Position numbers and translations under genes: made by a program | The notes under the pieces: model-generated | What the model saw: the letters and a program-made list of their open reading frames with translations, nothing else | Database searches by the model: none | What the model was told of the DNA's origin: nothing | Assembly (NCBI GenBank): GCA_028023455.1 | Contig: JAQFVV010000004.1 | Span: forward strand, 13,392,001 to 13,456,000 | DNA from: Epiperipatus broadwayi | Lineage: Eukaryota; Animalia; Onychophora | Length of the DNA: 64,000 bases | Reading direction: 5' to 3' | Shown here: positions 38,620 to 50,900 of the stretch, in pieces | Position numbering within the stretch: the stretch's first letter is position 1 | Layout: each line of letters opens with the position of its first letter

Positions 38620-38704
38620 GAAAAATACTAAAGTACCAAACAAACTTTGCAGTAAATTTTTATCCTACTTATAAGATTATTTTTAATAGTGTACAACAAT
38701 GATT

Positions 38705-39730
38705 AATTTCCAAAATGTTTTAATCGGTTGGGATAAAAAAAAAATCTAAAGTGAAGCATTGTTTAGATAAATCATGTAATCGAATTAATTAGTGTGGAAT
38801 ACAAACATTTCTTAATTAAAAACCTGGCTTATTTGAAATAGGTATAAGAATTTCTTAATTAAAAAAACCTGGTTTATCTAAAAATGTAAATCTAGAAAAT
38901 TCTAATGTGTGTGGGAGAACAATCAAATGAAAATCTTATAAACGCTCCCTAAAATTATTATTGTGTCATTAGATTCTATTAGACTCTATTCTATGTTTCT
39001 TTCCGTGCATGCATTCATTCATTTGTGCTAATATCCAAGACACTGGGACTTTTCATTCTTGCTACACAAGCAGTTTTCATCGTCAGTATTCCTTCCAAAT
39101 TAGAAGTCTTTATCAAAATGCTGCAATTAGTTCATGACAAGTAGCTTGCAGTTTTATAAAAATAAATCTATAAATCATTCCTAGTGGCATTTTCCAAAAT
39201 ATGCAAACCTAGGCCTCTTACCAAAATGGACTCTGAGTTCTGAGCCTAACTTCATCCTCCAACATGTCCTAAATTCATAGAAAGGTGATCTCCTGAAGTG
39301 TCAACCTACATTGAAGTTTTTCTCTCTCAACTAACTGATATCAAGAAACACTTACCAAATTCAACAAAGTACATACTTATCATTCAAACAATTCTCATAA
39401 AGCAAAGTGATACACTGATGGTCTTTAGTCATAATAAGAACTTTATTTATAGTCCATAAGTCAGGCCTTATTCAATTTTTACCTATATAAATTTGTATTC
39501 TGAATGTAAACTAATTGCTATTAGATTTAAACATTAGAATTTATTAATAGCAATAATTTACTGTTAATATAAGATTTTTTGTATGTGCGTTCTTTATGGA
39601 TGAGTTATTTTTTCAGTTATGAAAAATTTTAGGGTTATGTAATCAATAGACCTTAAGTTACTTTTAACATTTTATACTGTTGAATAACAAAATATTTTTA
39701 AGTGTAAATTTCTATTTTAATTAAAACAGC
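38705..39730 (+). mobile_element. CR1/L2-like LINE 3' fragment, copy 2
   Basis: Colinear with 33146-34113 from aatttccaaaat to tttctattttaa. Confidence 0.6.
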
Positions 39731-39814
39731 TTAATTTATATTCCTCTGTTGATAAAACAAATCAAATTAACAAATAAAAAAATAAAATGTTTTAAATTAT
39801 TATTGTGAATAGGG

Positions 39815-39890
39815 TCTTGTGAAAGTCTGAGTTCGAATCTCTTATATATTTCATTATGTGTGCAAATGCGTGTAAGCCTGTACAGTGTAT
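39815..39890 (+). repeat. 3' fragment of HHR family E
   Basis: gtgaaagtctgagttcgaatc...aaatgcgtgtaagcctgtaca matches the reverse complement of ~63585-63650. Confidence 0.7.
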
Positions 39891-39939
39891 ATTGCGAAGA
39901 ATTGTAAGTGTGGTTTTATTTTTATCAAATAACAATCTG

Positions 39940-41480
39940 CCATTTCGAGGTTCTCATAAAATACATCCAAATAATAGAAAAAAATTTAAGTTTAATTGAA
40001 TTATTAAGTAAATATGATCCTGCACTAATGGATTATGTAGATAGAATTTAAAAAAATCGAAAATATAGGACATTATTTGGCACATGTGATACAAGAAGAA
40101 TTTATTACTGCTTTAGTAACGAAGTTATTAATAAAATTAAAGGTAATATAAAAGAAGTCACATATTACAGCAATCAAATGGATTGTCTTCTTGATGTTTC
40201 TCATATAGAACAAGCATTAAGGGTCGTCAATAATTATTAGATATGTAAATTTTGTAGATGAAGTAACTGAAATAACTAATGAAGCACTAGAAAATGCACT
40301 TTTAAAAAAAAATAGATGAGCTTGATTTAGATATTATGAATTGTAGGAGATAAACATACGATAATGGTAGCAACATCATTTTCAACTGTTATCGATCCAC
40401 TGCAGGATGAATGTCTCTCCAATATTCTCTGATCTCTAGCTTCTCTTCTCTACAATACCCCAGCACCCATCCTTATTTCATTCATCCATCTCACATATGA
40501 TCTATTTCTAGATCTTTTACGATATCTTGACATGTTTAAGATTTCAACTGTCCATATATTATCATATCTTCTGGCAATATAAAGGGAAAATATAAAGATG
40601 TACAATCCAGAATAAATAATTTAAACTTTCATGTAATTGATGTGTTTTGCTTATCACATTCTTTTAACTTGCTAATTTGTGAGGTTGTTTTACTTCTGGC
40701 ATGGCATATTGTAAAAAATCTTTGGAATATTGCAACTATTGTACTGTTTATTTTTTGCATCCATGAAAAGATGGAAAATGATACAAAAGCAATTAAATAT
40801 TATACTTAAACCATTATATGATACTCATTAGGAAGACAAAATAGATTCAGTCAAAGCAGTGTATACACAATTTGAGCAAACATGTACTGCTTTGGAAGAA
40901 GTTATCAATACAAGTAATGATAACACAGCAATTTCTGAATCTCAAAGTATACTAGATTTATAAATAAAAAAGCCACTCAATTTAAGATTATCGACGTGGT
41001 TTACAGTGCTATCAAAAATTAATAGTATCAACAAACTAATGCAAGCAAAAACAATTATTCCTACTCAGCTTTTAATTTAATAAATAAAATTAAAAAACAA
41101 AATCGATAGCATGGAACATGAAAATTTTGGAAAACTTATGCGAAAAATGAATTAGAAAAAAATACCCATTATTTTCGAACTAGCAGAAGATTAAATATTA
41201 CAAGATCCAGAAGAAGAATTTAAATGTAACTTTTTTCAACATTGGGATTGACACCGCTATTGTGCAAATAGAAGAAAGATTGAAAGATATTCATAATATT
41301 ATTTTTAGTTTCAAATTAATCACCATATAAATTATTAGACAAAAACGAATTTAAAAAATCACTCAATGAATTTTGTAATGTTTTATAACAAGGATATAAA
41401 CGAAGATTTAATAGGGGAAATCGTTTTATTAAAAGAACTGATCTTGAAGGAAAAAGATGTAACTGATATGTTCTTAATTT
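39940..41480 (+). pseudogene. hAT (ZMYM1-like) transposase relic
   Basis: LIELLSKYDPAL, YYS..MDCLLDVSHIEQ, IIRYV, LDIMNCR..TYDNGSN, FGILQLLYCLFFASMKRW, LKPLYDTH*EDKIDSVKA in the canonical order. Confidence 0.75.
40378..40575 (-). mobile_element. RTE-like LINE 3' end inserted in the hAT relic
   Basis: Minus strand IARRYDNIWTVEILN...VRWMNEIR.GAGV..RREARDQR...ILQW, similar to 60050-60300. Confidence 0.65.
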
Positions 41481-42355
41481 ACTTAAAATTTTGAACGACT
41501 TTTAAAAAAATACGTCACAAATATTATGAGTATACTTACTAGGCATAGAAATAACAACAAACATAAAAAACAAACGTGAGCAAAAAAGTAAATATATTAT
41601 ATACTTCCAATTTTTGTAAAAACTAAATTAGCTCAACATTGTTTTGATAATTCAATGATACACTCCAAATATGCTATATAACTTATATAAATTCACATTT
41701 ATAAAAAAATTGAATTACTATTAAAATCAATCATTTACTGCATGAAGTAAAGTTGTTTATAGGGACTTAGATGGTAGAATAGTGAAATGATACATGTGAT
41801 TAACATGATGTATGATTTGAAGTACAAATTAATATTTATAAGATTAAAATTCATAAAAGAGAGTTATTGTCAAAAACATTTATAAGTCACACTGGCAATT
41901 ACAATGTAAAGATCAACATTTACTTAATAAAGACTCTATTAGATTATGCATTTACTGTATATTGAAACTTGTCCATACCCCTTAGTACCATTAAAAACTG
42001 CAAAGGGAATAAAAAACCACTGATCATTGAAAAATAAGAGAAAGTCAACTTTTTAATCTTTTAATATAAGCATTATATCAAATATCATCAGATAATTTAG
42101 AAGTTAAGGTATTTATCCACAAAAATTAATTTATTACGAGAAAAGTAGTAGGTTAGAAAAGCAATTGTTTATCTTTTTCATTTGTAATTAATGTTTATAC
42201 AAACATGTTTTGACTTCAACTGCAAATATATTTTAAATTGTTTGTTATCCAAAAAATTTGATTAACTAAATAATAAAAGTAATTATTTACACAAAGTTTT
42301 TTGGTTTTATAATTTCATATTGTAAAAAGAAAATGAACTTAAATAAGTTCACAAT

Positions 42356-42678
42356 TGCATAGGCAAAACTTTCCATACAGTAGTGCCACCCGGTGCCAAC
42401 CAGAGTAATCAATAGATGCCAGAAGGCTTATGCATAAAATCCCCATCTAGTGCCTACTCACCCAACATCCCCAGACTAGTTTCTGATGAAGACCACAAGC
42501 CAGAAACTAGTCAGGATGTTGGATGAGTAGGCATTAGATGGGGATTTTATGCACAAGCATTCTGGCATCTATTGATTACTCTGGTTGGCACAGGGTGGCA
42601 CTATTGTATGGAAAATTTTCCCTGTTTAATAACAGTTATGTGCTAGCATAAGAGATGGTGATCATGTGATGTTTAGTG
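42356..42678. mobile_element. HHR family A fold-back insertion with the turn inside the ribozyme
   Basis: 9-bp TSD gttcacaat (42347-42355, 42679-42687); junction ...agtttCTGATGA at 42483 removes the 5' strand of stem I; same gtgatcatgtgatgttta tail. Confidence 0.8.
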
Positions 42679-44019
42679 GTTCACAATCACATTTTCAGAT
42701 TTAATACATTTCCAATTGTCTTAGACATAATCAAATTATATATAAAAGTATTGTCTTAAATAATGATATTTGGATTTTTTAAAATTACTTAAAGTAAGAC
42801 TGATGTTTAAGCACTTGGAGATGCCAAGTAAGAAAAGCTTAACAGTGGTGTCTCCAAGTGCTTGTTTAAGAAAAGTAACAAATGAATTAAAGTAAGATTA
42901 TAAATATATAATATTATTCTTTCTGACTGGAAAATAATCAGTAGCCAGGTAGGCAGTTATGGAGATGTTTGGCTTGGCAATAAAATATGAGTAACAATGT
43001 AATTAATTATCTTTATAATAACTGCTTAAGTTGTTTGTAAAAATGGGATGCTGAACAAATTGAAAGCAGTACCCTATAACCTTTGCTTGCTTGGAACTAT
43101 TAAATTATTAGAGTTATAAAAAATAATAACAAAAAAAATAGAGAAATTTTAGGATTCAATTTATTTTAAAATATTGCTAAACAGTAAATTCAATTTAAGT
43201 ATTAAAAATATAAATCTCATAATATTTCAAAAATTCCAGCTACAAAACATAAAACAATTTTTACAAATACAGCATGATGAGCAAAGGTTGGCTTATATAA
43301 TGATAAACTTTAAGCATAAGTGATCCACTTATGCTCTTTAAACTAATGCTCATGAGCGAGTGCATGTAAATTCATAAAAGCGCATGACCAGAGGTTTGTT
43401 ACTTTCTTTAAATTATATACTTAGTCAGCACTATATAAATAGACTATGTAATACAGAAAGATTAGTTTCATCCAAATTAATGGAGAAAAACTTTTAATAG
43501 GAATTTTAGCACATTTTTATATGAAAACACTCATTATAATTCCTAATATGAATTTTGATTTAAAGTCTAGTGCACCAGTGCAAATAAATATACATTTTAA
43601 ATTTATAAAGTTATTTTCTAATATATTTTTTAAAAATATTTGATGGGTTGCCAACTTTCTCATTACTTCATGAATTATTTATCTACATTAAAACAAAACA
43701 CTGGAATTAACTCTGCAATTGTCAATATATCAACATATAAATAAATAACAGTTGTAGCTCATTTATGAGATGGCTGCCATAATGTTCTAATGTGTATGGG
43801 CAACTTTCCATAATTTGTTTATATTCACAGAATTATATTGTTTAGTTAATAAAATTTCTATTACATTTATGAAATATGCCTTTTTAATTTTTCTTTTCCT
43901 CAAATTGTTTTTCCTATTCAAAGTGAAAACATTGTTAAAATAAAAACTTCCATTGCCATTTGTGTTGGAACATTGTTATCATGTGACTTTAAAAAATTTT
44001 GATTTTTAAATTATAAATG

Positions 44020-44055
44020 CCACTGAAGATGGCAATTCTGCCATAAGCTAGCTAT
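44020..44055 (+). ncRNA. Decayed HHR-like motif (separate family)
   Basis: CTGAAGA TGGCA attc TGCCA taa GCTAGCT: stem II and palindrome present, GAAA and stem I damaged. Confidence 0.4.
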
Positions 44056-44828
44056 AATTGTTCTTTATATATTTTTATATTGAAATAGTAGTATTATTAT
44101 TGCTGTATCTGATATTGTGTATATATAAATACACACTTGTAATTCATAGTATGAAAAAAAAATTAAATAAAAAGGTATTTTTATTGCAATCAATCTCAAT
44201 AAAGTTTATTAAAATTTTATATAATTTAGAGCTTATAATAAATATAATTAATGTAAAAACCTTTAATTGTTTCTAGCTTGTAGAAAGTGTTTAATATTAC
44301 ATGAAATGTTTATAATATAAATGACAATCATGAGTGGAAACAACTCTCACATTTTAAAAATACTTCCATTAAGCTCACTATTATTTTAACATATTAAACA
44401 AGGGTTTTAATCTTCAGCTTATTTGAAGATGTGGTTTGAGTTATGACATGCCTAATATGACTGTATAGAGTTTATTTTATAATTCTGATTAGTTATTTTA
44501 AACTATACTTTACAATTGACATTACAGAGATTTGTGAGTGGGCAACTACTATTTAATATATTTAATTTTTAGAGGTATAGATGTGTGTATATACCCATTC
44601 TTAAAATTTGAATCATTTTTAGTTTTTTTCAGATTACAAGGAGGTTTAGAATTTTTTTCTGATAGCTATCTGATAATCAGTCAAGGCAGCCATCCAATTA
44701 TTGATCAGAAAATGAGTCTCTACTATTTTTATATAAAAAAATAAAATGACAGAGCAAAATGTTTTCTACATAATTCCTGGCTACGTGATTCTTAATGCCT
44801 TTTTTTCTCTCTCTTTGATGGGTTATTA

Positions 44829-44886
44829 GTCAAGCGTTGGTGGTCTAGCGGTTATCATAGTTGCCTTCCAAGTCGCTGGCCCGGTT
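44829..44886 (+). pseudogene. 3'-truncated tRNA-Gly(TCC)-derived copy
   Basis: gtcaa GCGTTGGTGGTCTAGCGGTTATCATAGTTGCCTTCCAAG...GGCCCGGTT, ends in the T-loop. Confidence 0.7.
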
Positions 44887-45508
44887 AAAAGGAACATTTG
44901 TTTTACCTTCGGTAATTTAAGGTTGCTCAGCCATTTTTAATCTACTTAATCTTTATCTTCTGTATAAAAGTTTTCTAAAAATTTAGGATTAAATGATTGT
45001 GTTCGATATTATAACTTTTTTATTACTTTATTTAACATAAAATGTTATATGAAACATTCACTTTTTAATTGTAATAATATTAAGACGATAACATTTTCTT
45101 TTGTTTAATATTTTGTTTTTCATCATGTTATATCAAGTTTTCAATTGCATGCCCTTTTTGTAAAGTGAAAAGAGAAACCTTTTAACTTTTATTAAGACTT
45201 TTAATATTTAACTTCTTTATCCAAACATTTCTTTTTGTAAACCTGCTTTCAATCTTTTAAAAGACAACTCGGCATTTAATTAAAATTTTAATTTTTTATG
45301 GAGAAGCTCCTATGAAATCTAATATACTTTCATTTATTTAGCAAACTGGATGCCCTTTTTAATTAATTATTAAGTTAATGAATTATCCAATCAATACTTT
45401 TTACATGTATGGCTTTGGGTTTTTATTAAGCAGTCTTTTTTTTACCAATACGTTATAAATTATTAAAAAGCAAATGCATTTTAACTATTCATTTATATTT
45501 CACTATTT

Positions 45509-45632
45509 TTTTTTTTTAAGCGTCATAGCATCGGCCGGGACGCGAACCCGCAACCCGGGCAACTGCCTTGCACGGGCAACTGCCTGCAAGTGCAAGGCAG
45601 TCGCGCTGACCTCTCGACCACCAATGCAAGAC
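45509..45632 (-). mobile_element. tRNA-Gly-derived retroposon, TGC-loop subfamily with internal duplications
   Basis: Body 45627-45528 (GCATTGG...CCGATGC, 100 nt), tatgac trailer and poly(A); 15-bp TSD tatatttcactattt at 45494-45508 and 45633-45647. Confidence 0.75.
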
Positions 45633-46375
45633 TATATTTCACTATTTATACATTAATAAAAACATTCTTGCATTTATGTAATGCATTTTTTTATTATTGA
45701 CTCTTCCGATGCTTAAATGCCTTACAATACCCCAATGACAAATTATTAGATTATTTAAAGCCAGCAGCATACCATCTTTAAGTACACACCCCTTGAGTAG
45801 ATTAGATTTCAATATTTTTAAATAAAGGCATCATAGCGAATAACATTTTTGATGAGTGCTGGTTCAGCACGAAATGCATCTTGGGGGTCATTTGTCTTTT
45901 ATTATATCTTTATTTATATGAATTTGAAAAGAATGGGGAAGTGTGGAGGTGTTTATTATATCTATAAAGATATTACATACGGGACAGAGAAAGGTGAATA
46001 ACTCTGTGTGTGTAAATTTAAAAAATCAGATATATTAATCTTTAACTGAGGTTTAAAGTTTATATCTGTGCTAGAGATAATCTCTAGTTTCGAAAATGAT
46101 TAGTAATAATCATTAGTGTATTTATCTGAAATGGATGTCGTCAAAGTTGTGAGTGGAGGAAGTTTGACAATGGTAAATGAAAATGTAACGAATAACATTT
46201 TATGAAATTATTAAGATTGATAGAAGCGTGTGAAATATTGAAGAATAATTTTTTTGGCAATGTAGAAAAAATTAAGGTCTATAATAAATATCTTTTTTTT
46301 TTCTACTAGACTGCATGTTGAAATGTACAATCATGATTTTTTTTAAAAAAAAATAAACATTCCCCCTCCCCCCAT

Positions 46376-46419
46376 GTGTCATAGCATCGGCCGGGACGCG
46401 AACCCACAACCGTCTGCAA
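46376..46419 (-). mobile_element. 5'-truncated copy of the tRNA-Gly-derived retroposon
   Basis: ttgcagacggttgtgggttcgcgtcccggccgatgc-tatgacac on the minus strand. Confidence 0.7.
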
Positions 46420-47007
46420 TGCATATAGAAAAACGAACTATGTTTACATGAAGGGTTTTCTTTAGCAATTTTTTTTATTTATAGTTAATCTTATTTTTTT
46501 AAAAATAAAAAGTAAAAACACAAAATGATATAATTTTAACTTTAATGTTAGTAAGAGGTATCACGCAAATTTAATTATAATGTATAATATTCATATGAAA
46601 CTAAAAACATGACTTAAACGACATTATAATATACCGTCTGAATGCTTGACAAAAAAATACAGTCACAGAACAAAATCCACTAGAAAAAAAGCGGAAATCT
46701 TCAGAACTGATTGTTTTAAACAATTGCAAGACATAATAAATGTATTATACTTTTTTACAGCTAAAACATTTATTTTATTACATGTTAATAGGCTATAAAC
46801 AATATTTTAGACAATTTGGATGAAATAGTTTAAAAAACTTGATTTAGAAAAATATTTTAATCTATTTTAAGAGATTCAAAAGTTCTTTGTCAAATAAATT
46901 TATATTTAGAATTATTACATATTTGTACCTGTTTTATTAAGTCAAAAATTGAGTTTAATTGGAAATTATATATAATTGATTAAAACATTTGTTAAAGAAA
47001 GGAAACT

Positions 47008-47120
47008 GTCAAGCGTTGGTAGCCAAGACGTCAGCGCAGTCGCCTTGCAAGCAAGCAGTTGCTTGCAGACGGTTGTCGCGGGTTCGCTTCCCAGCCGATG
47101 CTATGACATATGAAAAAGAA
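47008..47120 (+). mobile_element. tRNA-Gly-derived retroposon, TGC-loop subfamily
   Basis: gtcaa + GCGTTGG...CCGATGC (47013-47101) + tatgac + A-rich tail; TSD aaagaaag(g/a)aaact at 46994-47007 and 47121-47134. Confidence 0.75.
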
Positions 47121-47200
47121 AAAGAAAGAAAACTGATAAAGCTAATAAACGGCAGGATTTATAAGATAAAATGACAAAATGTAAAAATATTTAAATTCTA

Positions 47201-47412
47201 ACAGTAGCAAATTCTTCATACAGTAGTGTCACAAATTGCAAGCCTTAGTAATCAAGGTTTATACATAAAATCCTTATCTAGTGCCTACTCATTCAATATC
47301 TCCAGACTAGTTTCTAGCTTGTGTCTTTCATCAGTGAGGAGCCTTGGATTTAAGAGCACTGCACCTAGCTTAAGGAGTATACATAAGCACATGATATAGT
47401 GATCATGTGATG
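47201..47412. mobile_element. HHR family A copy (inverted arm plus tail only)
   Basis: HHR on the minus strand 47299-47340 (core intact, stem II weak); tail gtgatcatgtgatg; TSD-like tttaaa(t/c)tcta at 47190-47200 and 47413-47423. Confidence 0.7.
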
Positions 47413-48639
47413 TTTAAACTCTAGATAAAAAATATTCAAAATATTAATTTAAAAATATGTTTACTAATAAAATTTAACTGCATAAATCAACACAAATTAT
47501 TAAATTATTAAAATAAATATTAGGATTTCCTAGTTACTTGTTTTAGAAGTAATATGCAAAAATTAATATTCAAATAATATACTTTATGCTAGAAATTAAT
47601 TTAACTATTTCAACATTAACTCATTTTCCAGTAGGTTATAAAATCATTAAGTCTTAAGTTATTGAGGAAATATGATATGGTATTTCTAATTCTAATATAA
47701 AGCAATTTCTACATATTGAAGTTGGTAAGTCTGGGAATAAATTGATAATCACGATTTTTTAATTTAGCATTTTGGAAAAGTACATGGGCGTATTTGCTTT
47801 TATGTGTATGACATAACTGGCATAGTCATTAAAAAACAATTAAAAAGTTAATAGAAGTAGCTAAAGTTATTGTTCAAATTCTAAAAGGTCTGCTATTTTT
47901 ATTCATGTTTAAATATGAATGATTTTTGGCCTAGATTAGAAAAGTGATAGTCTATCTGAGATGAAGATTTCAGGATTACTTATAAGATGAGTAACACAAG
48001 TTAAAAAAAATTAATTGGGTTAATAGAATGGAATTGTTCAGTGCTTAATGTACTATGGGAGTCCTAAAAAGTCATACATCTTCTGAGCAATTTACCAGGT
48101 GATAATTTTTTTAATTTGATTTTTGGCTTGGAAGGACATTTCTGGGAAGGCTTATGAAGGTGCATAAAAATTGAATAAAATCTATGTATTTTGTTTAATA
48201 ATTAAATTTCTGAACTTTCAATGTATAGAGGGCATATTTGGTTATTAAAATATATCAAGAATTATTTAACTATTACTATTTAATAGTTGTTAAATATAAT
48301 TTTTAAATCATCCATGTATTCAACATTTGTAAGAAGACCCAGTTGAAATGATGTATAAATAGATTTATACAGGATGTGTAATTTTTTAAATAAAAAATAT
48401 ATAAACCTTTTATATTATGTAATACATTAAATTAATAGCATAACTTTTGTTTATTAAGTAAATGAAATACTCTCAATCCAAAGCACAGGATATAACTTTT
48501 TAAGAAAAGAGAATGGTGGACCAGCTTATCTCTTTTACCTAAATTCATTTATATAGGCAAATCTTTATATCACATTAAAATAATCATTTTCAAGCATTAT
48601 CATTTCACTGTGGGATAAATTTATCTTCAAGTTTAACTC

Positions 48640-49100
48640 AATTTCTTTATCCATAGTCTTTTTTTTTCAATGTCATACCAACAAATTTCCTTATTTCATT
48701 CATACATCTTAAATATAATCTATTTACAAATTTATCTACAATCTCTTGTGATCCAATTGAAAACTTAACTTTCCACCTATTACCATGTTTTCTAATGATA
48801 TGACCAGTCTAACTCCAGTTCAGTCTTATTAGTTCTTTCAATGATATCTGTTTGTTCTTGCATCCAAATATTCTGCTTTGGATCTCTTCTTGCAACCTCC
48901 AAAATACAACTCTCCATACATCATTCAGTGATGAGAAATGGCATGTCTTTTGAAACACTATTCCTAACAAAAGGACTCTATCCAAGTTTAATTCTATGGT
49001 TAATTTCATCCATTATGTTTTTATTTATAATAAGAATCTAACCAACATATTTGTAATTGTTTTCTTCTAATTCAATATTATACATCTTTTTCTTTTCTTT
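48640..49100 (-). mobile_element. RTE-like LINE 3' fragment
   Basis: YVG*I...DEINHRIKLG*SPF and NWITRDCR...MNEIRKFVG patterns. Confidence 0.6.
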
Positions 49101-50900
49101 TTTGCGTAAATCTATTGAACAATGTTTTGGTCTTACTTTTAAATGTTTTAGTACTTCATAAGATGTGGAAATTGTAGTGATTATTTTGTTATTTTATTAT
49201 TTATTATTACATAATTATTCAACACATTTCTTGATGATATTGTTTTATAGTTTTGAAACATTTATTCTCTTCTAGTTTTCTTTGTTAATTCACAATTATA
49301 ATTTTTTATCACTATTAATTTTTTTATACCAATTTACAGAACTCCAGATAATCAATTTTTTTAATGAATCATTTCTAAATATATTCATTTTTTTTACTTT
49401 TTTATATATATTGTCACAGGGAAAATTACTTGGAAATTTCTACTTTATTGAACCACCTATCTCTTTTCAGCTTTTAGTGGAGAATCAATTATTTTTTAAA
49501 TGATCTCAATTAAGTCTAAATCATCTTCAAAGATTATAAATATTTTAAAGCAAATAGCAAGTTCTAATTTAAATTTTTTAAAGTTTATCTGAAAATTAAG
49601 AATATCAACTTGTTAATATGGTCTTTTTTAATAACTTCATTTCTCTAGATTTGCATTAACCAGTATCTTACATCCTAATAAATGATGATCATTTTCTGTG
49701 TTGGATCTATTGAAACATTACAATCTTGAAATACTTTTTTTATTTAGAATCCAATTTTGCTGTACTTTTATTTGCATATTTCTATGATCATTTCTGTTTA
49801 GCATTTTCTCAAAGAAAAAAAATCATTGAATATATATATATATATTGTAATGGTAAATAATGTGGAAATCTGGCTCCTCAAATGTTCTATGTATTTGCTT
49901 AGCAAAACTGTACCATACATATAAAGATATTGCAGAAATGAGATTGACATTTCTTATTTAATATACCCTACAAACTATTCAAGCCAAAAACGGTAACTAT
50001 AAAAAATAGATCAATAATAATAAATTTCTCAATTCCGGCTAGCTAAACCCATAAAGGATAAAATACATTGCATATCTTAGACTATTCTACTACATATGTG
50101 TATATTTTGAATAAATATACATTGAAATTAAAGGGCATTATCATTGATTTCATCTATTAATTGTTTTTTTTCTATTTATTGATTATTTTGTACAATTGCT
50201 TTCTTAATAAAATTTACAAATTCAAATTAAGATTTAATTGCATATTCTTCTTTTACCATTTGTGCTATATTCTTCAACACTTCGTAATAATATACATCTT
50301 TAAAACCCATCATTACTCTTAAAGAATAATGCTTTTATATATTTTAATCGTAATAATCCTGAGAAATAGCAACAAATGGTTATATATGCAAATATTGTTT
50401 CCTTTGAGAACACATTTAATGAATTCGGCTTTATTAATATTTATATTGTAATTATCTAATTAATTAAACTTTAAAGAAGAAATTTGCAAGAACATTTCCA
50501 GTTCAAAAACATTATTATCTAATTAAATAAAATGATTTTCCTTATTCGTTTTAATATACATTATTCTATTATTATTTAAGACGTTAAAAACCTTAACACT
50601 TTCAACAAAGATCAATTACTTGCATTATTTAAATTTTAACTGCTTTATAAAACAATTTATTTTTATCTTTTCCTTCATAAGTAATTGCTAATTCAGTTAA
50701 TTTTTAAAGAAGAACCAGATACCTTCTCTCCCTCACAATATATCCTGCCCTAATATTAAGAATTGAATTATGACTAACCATTATATTAAAACTTGATAGA
50801 TAGAAAAGTATTGTGGAGTAAAATAATTGACTTTTAATGTATAAAAATTTTAATTTGTTCTAATTTTTTTTCTTTTGCATTCCAAGCAATACTATTCCTG

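Noticed and set aside
33146-39730. Direct repeats as the LTR pair of a 6.6-kb retrotransposon
   Set aside because: The repeats translate as a CR1/L2-type ORF2 C-terminus, lack TG...CA ends, PBS and PPT.
9174-47101. Functional tRNA genes
   Set aside because: Every tRNA-like copy has a broken acceptor or anticodon arm, a truncation or an insertion, and most have tails and TSDs.
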